The notes below the pieces were generated by a model. That model was not told the DNA's origin. It worked only from the letters and a program-made list of their open reading frames with translations, and did not search any database. From Chiloscyllium plagiosum (lineage: Eukaryota), in assembly GCF_004010195.1 (NCBI RefSeq), contig NC_057753.1:372536-436535 (forward strand): a stretch of 64,000 bases of DNA, in the 5' to 3' direction. How positions within the stretch are numbered: the stretch's first letter is position 1; every line of letters starts with the position of its first letter. This document shows, in pieces, positions 35,950 to 46,922 of this stretch. Position numbers and translations under genes: made by a program.

Positions 35950-36990
35950 AGATAGTCTCCCTGCTATAGGAAACATGTTGTGAAACTTGAAAGGGTTACA
36001 TTGTTTTTACTTACATTCATGATAATCAGAGGGTTAGATAGGGTGGACAGTGAGAGCCTTTTTCCTCAGATGGTGATGGCTGGCATGAGGGGATATAGCT
36101 TTAAATTGAGGGGTGATAGATATAGGACAGATGTCAGAGGTAGCTTCTTTAATCAGAGAGTAGTAGGGGTGTGGAACACACTACCTGCTGCAGGAGTAGA
36201 CTCTATTGCTGGAACAGCACAGCAGGTCAGGCAGCATCCAGGGAAAGGAGATTCGACGTTTCGGGCACAGGCCCTTCTTCATGAATTCTCCTGTTCCCTG
36301 GATGCTGCCTGACCTGCTGTGCTGTTCCAGCAATAAAGTTTCCACTTTGATCTCCAGCATCTGCAGACCTCACTTTCTCCTCGCAGGAGTAGACTCGCCA
36401 ACTTTTAAGGGCATTGAAATGGTCATTGGAAAGGCATATGGATGAAAATGGAATAGTGTAGGTTAGATAAGCTTCACATTGGTTCCTCAGGTCAGCACAA
36501 CATCGAGGGCCAAAGGGCCTGTACTGCGCTGGAATGTTCTATGTTCTAAAAGATTTACAAGGATGTTTCCGGGGTTGGAGGGCTTGAAGGTATAGGTGAG
36601 GCTGAACAGGCTGGGGCTGTCGTAGGCTGAGGGGTGACTTCCTAGAAGTTTATAAAATCATGAGGTGCATGGATAGCCGAGGATTTTTTCCCAGGGTGGG
36701 GAAGTTCAAAACTAGAGGGCATAGGTTTAAGGTGAGAGGGGAAAGATTTGAAAGGGATCTAAGGGGCAACTCTTTCACACAGAGGGTGGTGTGTGTGTGT
36801 GGAATGAGCTGCTAGAGGAAGTGGTAGAGGCTGGTATAATTGCAACATTTAAAAGGCATCCACTTGCGTATCTGTATAAGAGGGATAGGGCCACATGCTG
36901 GCAAATGGGACTGGATTAATTTAGGATATCGGGTCGGCATAGACGATTTGGACCAAAGGATTTCTTTCCATGCTGTCCAACTCCATGACT
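35950..36990 (+). mobile_element. CR1 3' end containing a second CR1 (36015-36548), which contains a family A palindrome (36204-36382)
   Basis: Palindrome TSD GCAGGAGTAGACTC at 36190-36203 and 36383-36396. Confidence 0.82.
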
Positions 36991-37771
36991 GTTGCCCTCT
37001 ACAGTGTGGCAAAGTGAAGGGGTTAACTACTTCACTACTGTCAGAGTAAAAGGGGTTGGGGGTGCGGTTTGAAGATACGCAGTAGAACAAAACAACCCTT
37101 ATTTGTTATCTGATTTATAATTAACCGGCTGGGTCTTTCACGGCAAATATCAAACGTTGAAAAATTTACAAAACAACCCCCCCACACACACACAGCGTGG
37201 CGGTTTTAGACAGCAACTGGGCGGTTCCACAACGCAGCCTTCCTCATTCTGTGTCAAAGAGTCACAGAGGTGAAATCTCAAATTACAGCTCAATCGGGCG
37301 GTTCCCCGATCAGAGACACAATCAAACTGGGTTTAAATTCGGAATCCGGGGACAGGAAAGAGAGTGGGGAAATCTTCAAAGGAGCAGTAACTTTCACAAA
37401 CACATACGGTGCAGCTGTTAACATCCGCCCTGTGCACCGCCCACACTGAACCCTGTTCCCAAAAGCTTTCCCTTTTGCAAAACAACCGAATGCTGCAGGA
37501 TCTCAGCCTCCGTGCAGAGCGGGGGAATCGTGGTGTTTTTGGAGTGGTGGGGCTGGGGGAAAGAAAGGGAGTGAGACGGTGCCCAGGGAGAGAGAAATTA
37601 TCTGAAGCAGACAAAAGGAGAGACAAAAGCAGACAAAAGGCTGAGAGAGAGAGAGAGGTAAATGCTGAATTGGTGCTAGTGAAGTTTTGATCATGATCCC
37701 TGAGTGTGTGGGGGTGGGGCAGCGAACATGGAGGAAGGTGTTCAAGCTTTGAAGCTCCATGAAAATGACTG

Positions 37772-38216
37772 TAGGTGCCGGTGTTGGACTGGGGTGGACA
37801 AATTTAAAAATCACACCAGGTTATATTCCAACGGGTTTATTTATCTGATCTTTCATCAGGTGGTTGTGGAGTATAAGATCATAAGCCACAGAATTTATAG
37901 CGAAAGTTTACAGTGTGATGTGACTGAAATTATAGATTGGAAAAGACCTGGATTGTTTCTTAAGTTTCTCATCTTTTAGAATGAACACGTTGGTTTCAGT
38001 TCTTTCATAGGTAAATCGGAGAACTTATTTCAAAGTTACATTCTCAAGTGAATTTTAACAATAGGTGTCATGTTGCCTCAGATAATGCACTGAAGGTGTG
38101 ACATGGCACATGTGAGTCTGTCTGTGCCCCAATGGTCAGACTGATTCTAATCCAAAAAACAGATTGACAGAATCTGACATGGATTCAAGCAGTTTTGAAG
38201 AAAATAAAATGTGATT
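37772..38216 (-). mobile_element. Penelope-like family B, longer non-palindromic 3' fragment
   Basis: Same terminal sequence as the family B palindromes, extended by AT-rich upstream sequence also seen at 13990-14050. Confidence 0.7.
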
Positions 38217-38220
38217 ACTG

Positions 38221-39373
38221 ACTCCAGGCCCACTCCTGTCCTTTGGGGAGGGACATACACTGACCACCTGTGCACACGTGACTCCAGACCCACTCCTGTC
38301 ATTAGGGGAGGGACGTACACTGACCACCTGTGCACACGTGACTCCAGACCCACTCCTGACCTTTGGGGAGGGACATACACTGACCACCTGTACACACGTG
38401 ACTCCAGGCCCACTACTGTACTTTGGGGAGGGACATACACTGACCACCTGTGCACATGTGACCCAAGGCCCACTCCTGTCCTTTGGGGAGGGACATACAC
38501 TGACCACCTGTCTACACGTGACTCCAGGCCCACTCCTCTCCTTTGGGGAGAGACATACACTGACCACCTGCCTACACGTGACTCCATGCCCACTCCTGTC
38601 CTTTGGGGAGAGACATAGACTGACCATCTGTACACACGTGACTCTAGGCCCACTCCTGTCATTAGGGGAGGGACGTACACTGACCACCTGTCTACATGTG
38701 ACTCCTAGCCCACTCCTGTCCTTTGGGGAGGGACGTACACTGACCACCTGTCTACACGTGACTCCTAGCCCACTCCTGTCCTTTGGGGAGGGACGTACAC
38801 TGACCACCTGTCTACACGTGACTCCAGGCCCACTCCTGTCCTTTGGGGAGAGACATACACTGACCGCCTATCTACACATGACTCTAGGCCCACTCCTGTC
38901 ATTAGGGGAGGGACGTACACTGACCACCTGTCTACACGTGACTCCAGGCCCATTCCTGTCCTTTGGGGAGAGACATACACTGACCGGCTGTCTACACGTG
39001 ACTCCAGGCCCACTCCTGCCCTTTGGGGAGGGACGTACACTGACCGCCTGTCTACACGTGACTCCAGGCCCACTCCTGCCCTTTGGGGAGGGACGTACAC
39101 TGACCACCTGTCTACACGTGACTCCAGACCCACTCCTGCCCTTTGGGGAGGGACGTACACTGACCGCCTGTCTACACATGATTCCAGGTCCACTCCTCTC
39201 CTTTGGGGAGGGACATACACTGACAGCCTGTCTACACGTGACTCCAGACCCACTCCTGCCCTTTGGGGAGGGACGTACACTGACCGCCTGTCTACACGTG
39301 ACTCCAGGCCCACTCCTCTCCTTTGGGGAGGGACGTACACTGACAGCCTGTCTACACGTGACTCCAGGCCCAC
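38221..39373 (+). repeat. 60-bp minisatellite, 19.2 units, no indels
   Basis: Unit ACTCCAGGCCCACTCCTGTCCTTTGGGGAGGGACRTACACTGACCACCTGTCTACACGTG stays in register for 19 lines of 60. Confidence 0.97.
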
Positions 39374-39389
39374 GACAATGTCCTTAAGT

Positions 39390-39580
39390 CTCAACTGCTC
39401 TGCAAAAGAACCCAGCAACCCACCCCGATTAGAGGCAGCTCAAAACATGCGTGGAATGGCCTCTGAGAAGTCTTTCCATTGCCCATCCAGGTTTCATTGG
39501 GACTGTGTAACCAGAGAGAGGCAGTTCCCTTGCTCTGGCCGAGGGAACGGTTTTGCCCTTTCGTCAGACCCCCGGGGGCT
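39390..39580 (+). pseudogene. Decayed C2H2 zinc-finger remnant
   Basis: Translates to ...EKSFHCPSRF...TRERQFPCSGRGNGFALSSD, compared with [19 protein letters not shown]. Confidence 0.55.
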
Positions 39581-39582
39581 TT

Positions 39583-40845
39583 ACAGAATCCCCACAGAAT
39601 GGAAGCAGGCCGCTCGGCTCATCGAGTGCACAGCGACCCTTCAAAGAGCATCCCACCCAGACCCATTTCCCTACCCTATCACTGTAATTGTGTGACCAGC
39701 TTTTCATTCGAATTTCACCATGGTAGGATTCATACAACCCCAAGTGCGGAAAGAGGCCATTCGGCCCATCAAGTTCCCACCCTCACTCTCCAGTACTTTC
39801 CAGACCTAGCACCCAACCCAATCCCTGTATACACCATGGCCAATCCACCCTAGCCTGCACATCTCTGTGCACTACGGGTAATTTAGCATGGCCAATCCAC
39901 CCTAACCTGCACATCCCTGTGCACTATGGGTAATTTAGCATGGCTAATCCACCCTAACCTGCGCATCAACGTGCACTATGGGTAATTTAGCATGGCCAAT
40001 CCACCCTAACCTGCACATCCCTGGGCACTGTGGGTAATTTAGCACAGCCAATCCACCCTAACCTGCACATCTCTGGGCACTATGGGTAATTTAGCATGGC
40101 CAATCCACCCCAACCTGCACATCTCTGGGCACTATGGGTAATTTAGCATGGCCAATCCACCCTAGCCTGCACATCTCTGGGCACTATGGGTAATTTAGCA
40201 CGGCTAATCCACCCTAGCCTGCACCGATCTTTGAGCTGTTCTGTCGGCTCTTTGATCTTAATTACCCTAGACTCATTGCTCAGATATTAATTGACGCTTG
40301 GTTTTGTCCTTTGTGGTTCTTACTTATTATAGAATCCCCACAGTGTGGAAACAGCCCATTCGGCCTATCAAGTCCACGCCGACCCTCCAAAGAGCATCCC
40401 ACCCCCATCCCCCTTCTCTGTTCCTAAACCCCTGCATTTGCCCTGGCCAATCCACGAAGCCTGTACATTGTTGGACACGACAACACGGCCAATTCCCCCC
40501 CCAACCCGCACGTCTTTGGACTGTGGGAGGAAACCGGACCACCCGGGGGAAACCCACGCAGACACGGGGAGAATGTTCAAACTCCACACAGACAGTCGCC
40601 CTGAGGGTGGAATCGAACCGGGGTCCTGGCGCCATGAGACAGCAGCGCTGAACTGCCACTGCTGTATTGCGAGAAGCCATTCAGTTGCTCTCTGTCTGCC
40701 CACGCAGACACGGGGAGAATGTTCAAACTCCACACAAACAGTTGCCCCGAGGGTGGAATCGAACTGGGGTCCCTGGCGCCATGAGACAGCAGCACTGAGC
40801 TGCCACTGCTGTATTGCGAGAAGCCATTCAGTTGCTCTCTGTCTG
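39583..40845 (-). mobile_element. Cluster of HE1/V-SINE pieces; 52-bp array at 39835-40225; 146-bp direct duplication 40553-40698/40699-40845
   Basis: SINE tails, tandem units and duplicated head plus flank are directly visible. Confidence 0.82.
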
Positions 40846-41446
40846 TAGGCGCGGGTTCGTACCAACCCATTGAGCACCCAAAGGCAAAAGCAGTGGCACA
40901 GTGACAGTTTCATTGGGCAGGTCGCCACAATCCTGCTCACGTTGGGGAATGAGGCTTCCAAAGTGACTTTGCCCTGTGGTCACGGCCAGATGGCTAAGGG
41001 TGTGGAAGTCCATGATGGGAAATATAAGTATGTAACTGCAAGGTAAGAGGGAGTGCATTGCATGAAATCTCGGCTGGGATGATGGGTTAGTGTAAGGCCT
41101 AATTTGTGCGCTCGAGTCCGCCTTGCATAACTGCGGCCCATCATGGCGAGAAAAGGGGAAGGAAGATGACCACAGCACAACGTGATGAACTACAGCAATC
41201 CAGAAAACAATTGTGGTAGAGTCAGATTGGTTAAGGGGATTTCATGTAGGTTTAGTGTGATTGGTTATGCTAATGTAACGGGGATAGGGTATGGCTTTTA
41301 GCAAAACATAAACAATAGAGTACTCTCACCGCTCAGAGACCATCAGGGATGACCTCTCTGGTGGTCACAGCTTTTGTTTGCAAATAAAGGCTTCTCATCT
41401 TTGAGGAATTCTCTGTGTCTCCTAATCAGTGCGGTTAACCACGACA
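40846..41446 (+). mobile_element. Putative LTR (5' boundary uncertain)
   Basis: Two ATTGG boxes (about 41226 and 41260), AATAAA 41383-41388, GT-rich U5-like end in ACGACA; no convincing TSD. Confidence 0.4.
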
Positions 41447-41479
41447 GGGTTGCCTTGCACAGGTTCAAACCCTGCCAAC

Positions 41480-41790
41480 GCAAAGGGTGGCGCAGTGACT
41501 CATAGAACCAGGGACCCTGGAATCAGGTTCCATCCCACCCTCGGGCAACCATCTGCGTGGAGTTCGCCCATTCTCCCCATGTCTACATAGGTTTCCTGCC
41601 ACAGTGCGCAGGTTAGAGTGGTTTGGCCGTGCTGAAATTGTCCATAGTATCCAGGGATGTGTAGGCTGGTGGATAATCCATGGTGTATACAAGGACTGGG
41701 TTGGGTGTTAGCTCTGGATAGTTCTTCAGAGTATCAGTGTGGACTTGATGGGCCAAATGACCACTTTTCCCACTGTGGGGATTCCACAAA
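41480..41790 (+). mobile_element. Older HE1/V-SINE
   Basis: Diverged head, V-domain and tail. Confidence 0.7.
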
Positions 41791-42149
41791 TCCTACCGTG
41801 GCCAATGTTTTGAATTCAAGAATGAAAAGCTCGTCAAACAATTGTTGTAAAAAAAACACTACCTAATGTCCTTTAGGGAAGGAAATCTGCTGTCCTTACC
41901 TGGTCTGGCCAACACGTGACTCCAGACCAACAGCAATGTAGCTGACTCTTAACTGTCCTCTGGACAATTCGGAATGCGCAATAAATGCTGGGCTGAGCCA
42001 ATCATACTCACACCCAATAATCCAAAAAATACTAACAGCACATACTGGGCCAAAGGCAGTAGACGAGGCTCGATCACAGAGCAGCCATGATCTCGCCGAA
42101 TGGTGGAACAGGCTCAAGGGGCTGAATGGCATACCCGTGTTCCTATGGG

Positions 42150-42775
42150 CGAGGCTGCTTTAAAAAAGCAGAGCAAGTCAGCGGAAACGCCAGCGGGTTC
42201 GCACTGTGGAGGGCTCAGAGACTCAGTGTGCAGGAATTGAACTACTCTATACTCAGACAGCAATTCACCAGAACACAAGACCCTCCACCCACCATGGGCA
42301 AGACTAACCTCATCTGCAAGGTTTCATGCAAAGATTGCATGCAACACCAAACAGGCAGCTAACCAGCGAGCAGCAAACACCAACTAGCCACGACCAGTTG
42401 TCCCTAGTAGCCATCCACACAGATGACAGGGACCACAAATTTGACTGGGACAACACGATCACAGGACAAGCTAAACAGAGGACAGCCAGAGAATTTTTAG
42501 CAGCATGGCCCTCATCCACAGACTCTGTCAACAAGCACCTTGACCTAGAGCCAATATACCGGTCACTACAACGAACAACCAAACCAACACCTGGAAGCAA
42601 GCAGGAACGGAACCAAATAAATTCCAGAAGACACAGTACAGCAGCGCTTCGCAGGAGGTTCCAAAGCACTGAAGATTCCACCAAAGCAGGAGACAGAAAC
42701 ATCAGCAAATCAACTTCCCAGCTCGGCGAACATAGCCACAACTGTGGCAACCAGCACCCGAGCTCCAAATCTTTC
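42150..42775 (+). mobile_element. Penelope-like GIY-YIG endonuclease remnant and 3' pLTR (family D)
   Basis: KTNLICKVSCKDC...QTG, then HDQLSLVAIH...HKFDWDN...AREFLAAW...VNKH; degenerate CTGAAGA...GAAAC at about 42669-42700. Confidence 0.75.
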
Positions 42776-42777
42776 TG

Positions 42778-43304
42778 TGTGGGAGAATTTGACTAGAGTT
42801 GACACAAACGCGTGTGGAAGCCATTTTTGTCAGAAAGCAATGTTTGCAGTAAGATGTAGTCTGCTAGCATCGTGCTGTTCGAGCTCCGGCTGAGGAAGCC
42901 TGTTTTGCTAGCCTGACCTTGCAGCTGCAGGCATGCCTCTGCTCCTCTGGCCCCTTAGACATTTCTGCTTCATAGAATGATATCTTGTTTCTCTGTGTCC
43001 CTTATCAGTTGTTTTTGCCTCACTAAACCTGATAACGTTCAGTTTTGTAGACATTAAGAAATGTAGGTCTGGACAATGTGTGTGGGCCTTACGACTTGCC
43101 CCTAGGTTGCGGAATGAATGGGCAGTGGGCTTGTGTTATACTATGTAACTTGTAACATTCTGTATTCCATTGGACTTCTTTGAAAGAACGGATATTCCCC
43201 ATGGTCATGAATAAAAGCTAGTGAATCGCTCAAGGTCTCCTTTCCTGACTACTTGTTTTGGCATAAGATTTACTCTCACCCACAATTGGCGTAGTCAGCA
43301 GGAT
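42778..43304 (+). mobile_element. 5' LTR (42778-43284) plus tRNA-Ser primer-binding site (43287-43304) of an ERV or LTR retrotransposon
   Basis: TGTGGGAGA...TCTCACCCACA inverted termini; AATAAA 43210-43215; TGGCGTAGTCAGCAGGAT is complementary to the 3' 18 nt of vertebrate tRNA-Ser. Confidence 0.85.
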
Positions 43305-43407
43305 CTCTACTTTTTGAACCTCCCCAACATTACACAAGCCTTACATTACTCAGTCATCCTACCCTCTAATAGACCAGTGTGTTGACACAGTGGGGGAGTG
43401 GCCACTT

Positions 43408-45110
43408 CGGAAAAGTAGGACCAGTCTTAAACCAGGAATCAAGCGGGCTAAAAGGGGTCATGAAATAGCTTTAGCGAGCAGAATTAAGGAAAATCCCAAA
43501 GCATTTTATTCTTATATAAGAAGCAAGCAGGTAACTAGAGAAAGGATTGGTCCACTAAAGGATAAGGAAGGAAGGCTGTGTGCTGAACCTGAGAGAATGG
43601 GTGAGATTCTGAATGATTACTTTGCATCAGTGTTCATTGAGGAGAGGAACATGATGAATGTTGAGATTAGAGATAGAAGTTTAATTAGTCTGGATCACGT
43701 TGGCATAAGTAGGGAATATGTGTTGGGTACGCTAGAGGTTATTAAGGTGGACAAATCCCCAGGACCAGATGAGATCTATCCCAGGTTGCTGAGGAAGGCA
43801 AGAGAGGAAAAAGCTGGGGCCCTGACAGATATCTTGGTGGTATCCTTAAATACAGATGAGGTGCCGGAGGACTGGAAGATTGCTCATGTTGTCCCCCTGT
43901 ACAAGAAGGGGTAGTAGGGATATTCCAGGTAACTACAGACCAGTGAGCCTGACATCAGTGGTGGGGAAGTTGCTGGAAAGGGTACTGAGAGATAGGATCT
44001 ATTTATATTTAGAAAAGAATGAGCTTATCAGTGATAGGCAACATGGTTTTGTAAGATCATGCCTTACCAGCTTCATAGAGTTCTTCGAGGAAGTGACCAA
44101 GTTGTTAGATGAAGGAAGGGCTGTTGATGCCATATACATGAACTTTAGTAAGGCGTTTGATAAGGCTCCTCATGGTAGACTAATGGAGAAAGTGATGTCA
44201 CATGGTGTGCAGGGGTGTTCTAGCTAGGTGGATAAAAAACTGGTTGAGCAACAGGAGACAGAGAGTAGTAGTTGAAGGGAGTTCCTCGAAATGGAGAAAG
44301 GTGACCAGTGGTGTTCCACAGGGGTCAGTGCTGGGGCCACTGTTGTTTGTAATATATATAAATGATCTGGAAGAGGGCACTGTTGGTATGATCAGCAAGT
44401 TTGCAGAGGAGTACAGGTCCATTGTACTCTGAAGGTTGCTGCGCAGGTGGATAGAGTGGTCAAGAAGGCATATGGTATGCTTGCCTTCATTGGACGGCGT
44501 ACTGAGTATAAGAGCTGGCAGATCATGTTAAAATTGTACAAGACATTGGTTCGGCCGCATTTAGAATACTGTGTACAGTTCTGGTCGCCACATTACCAAA
44601 AGGATGTGGACGCTTTGGAGAGGGTGCAGAGAAGGTTTACGAGGATGTTGCCTGGTATGGAAGGTAATAGCTATGAAGAGAGGTTGAGTAGGTTAGGTTT
44701 ATTTTCACTAGAAAAAAGGAGATTGAGGGGGGCCGTGATTGAGGTTTACAAAATCATGAAGGGTATAGACAGGGTGGATAGAGACAAGCTTTTTCCCAGG
44801 GTGAAGGATTCAATAAGGAGAGTTCGTGCTTTCAAGGTGAGAGGTGGAAAGTTTAAGGGGGTCACACGCGGCAAGTACTTCACACAGAGGGTGGTGGGCG
44901 TTTGGAACGCGTTGCCAGCAGAGGTGGTAGAGGCAGGCACGGTAGGTTCATTTAAGATGTGTCTGGACAGATGGCATGAGTAGGTGGGGAGCAGAGGGAT
45001 ACAGAAGCTTAGGAATTGATCAACAAGTTTAGACAGTACATTTGGATCGGCTCAGGATTAAAGGGCTGAAGGGCCTATTTCTGGGCTGTAAATTCTCTTT
45101 GTTCTTTGTC
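43408..45110 (+). mobile_element. CR1 LINE ORF2 (RT) and 3' UTR, frameshifted, with internal deletion
   Basis: KSPGPD, NYRPVSLTS, FSKAFDK and [13 protein letters not shown] motifs. Confidence 0.92.
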
Positions 45111-45189
45111 TGTTTGTTCCCATTCGACTCTTGTGGATTGGCTGCAGCTTCTAGCTTGTTGACAGACCAGCCAGTTTACAAGTGAGGAT

Positions 45190-46255
45190 AGGGGCTGGAC
45201 TATTGGGATCTCTTCTAGGGTAGAAGTGACCTGTACAACAAGGATGGAGGTTGCACCTGAATTGGAAGAGGACCAATATCCTGCTGGGGAAATTTGCTAG
45301 TGCAACCTAGGAGGCTTTAAACTAATAAAATCGGGGGGCAACGGAGTGATCCCAAAGAGACAGTGAGAAAAGAGATGGCTCTGAGGCCGGTACTGTCGAT
45401 AAGGGAAGCATGTTAACTAGTCAAGGCAGGCAGGACTAAGGCAGAGATCACAGTAAGACTGATAAATTAAGCTGCATTTATTTCAATGTAAGAGGCCTGA
45501 CAGGTAAGGCAGATGAATCATAGAATTTCTATAGTGTGGAAACAGGCTCTTCAACCCAGCAAGTCCACACTGACCCTCTGAAGAGTAACCCACCCAGGTC
45601 CATTCTCCTACCCTATTACTCGACATTGACCCCTGACTAATGCACATCCCTGAATGTTATGAGCAATTTAGTACGGCCAATTCACCTGGCCTGCACAGCT
45701 TTGGACTGTGGGAGGAAACCGGAGCACCCAGAGGAAACTCTTGCTGACACAGGGGGACTGTGCAAACTCCACGCAGACAGTTGCCTGAGACTGGAATCAA
45801 CCCAGGTACCTGGCACTGTGAGGCAGCAGTGCTAATCACTGAGCCACCATGCCACCCTAGAAACTTAAGGCATGGTTGGGAACATGGGACTGGGATATCT
45901 TAGGAGTTACAGAAATGTGGCTGAGAAAAGGACAGGGCTGCGGTATAGATACTATAGAAAGGACAGAAAGGGGGGCAAGACGGGAGGGGAGAGGGCGTTT
46001 TTGATAAGTGATAACATTATGGCTGTATTTAGGGAGGATATTCCTGGGAGAGCATCCAGTGAAGTTATCAGGGAGGAGCTAAGAAACAAGAAAGGGACGA
46101 TCACCTTATTGGTATTGTAGTATAGGCCCCCCAATATTCAACACGATTTGAGAAGCAAATTTATAAGGAGATTGCACAGATCTGTAAGAATGATAGGGTT
46201 GCAATGGAAGAGAATTTTAATTTTCCAAGCATAGACTAGGATTGCAACAGTGTTA
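45190..46255 (+). mobile_element. CR1 LINE ORF1 C-terminus (SGNH esterase-like) and ORF2 endonuclease remnant; HE1 SINE inside (45518-45857, minus)
   Basis: WDLF.GRSDLY...LHLN...TNIL-like segment and RKDRKGGK.GG...ELRNKKG...YRPPN. Confidence 0.75.
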
Positions 46256-46922
46256 AGAACAAAGAAAATTCCAGCACAGGAACAGGCCCATTGGCCCTCC
46301 AAGGCTGCGCCAATCCAGATCCTCTATCTAAACCTGCCGCCTATTTTCTAAGGATCTGTATCCCTCTGCTCCCTGCCCTTTCATGTATCTGTCGAGATAC
46401 ATCTTAAATGACGCTATGGTTCCCCCGCACTGTCTTATACTCTGTGTTAGTTGCATCACGTGTCTGTGACCCTAAGTTTTACTTTACTCAATGAAAATTC
46501 TGAACCTTGCTCATTGTCCCTCTGCATGCTGTCACCAATGGTGCTGTGTTCATTTAAGCTTTACATTGATTCTTGAAGATATTTTTCTTCTATGGGGAAA
46601 GTTCCTTGGGAAATCAATATTCAATTCGTGTAAAAGGATAGTTTGGAATTAATGGTCGTTGCTGCAGCTTCTGGTAAAATTCTGCCTGGAGCCAAATTTA
46701 TTTAAAATTTAAATCCACAGTTGGGGCAAGAATGAGCTTTGTCAGTTTGATATTGGACCTTGTTGATTTTGGAAGCGGCAAAGGAACATGCCATTGACCT
46801 GGGGCTTGCTGTGTAGACAATTTCGAGCAAATCTGTGAGTGAAACTCACCTCCATAGCTCATTAGTATTTAGTCTGGTCCTTGTGTCTTCCCTCTGGTTG
46901 TTTCTTGTTAGCATTAGTTTAC

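Noticed and set aside
38278..39387. 369-aa repetitive ORF (TPGPLLSFGEGRTLTTCLHV)n and its antisense ORFs
   Set aside because: A by-product of a 60-bp unit (a multiple of 3) lacking stops in one frame. It starts at GTG, substitutions are not visibly biased to synonymous sites, and the unit appears SINE-derived.
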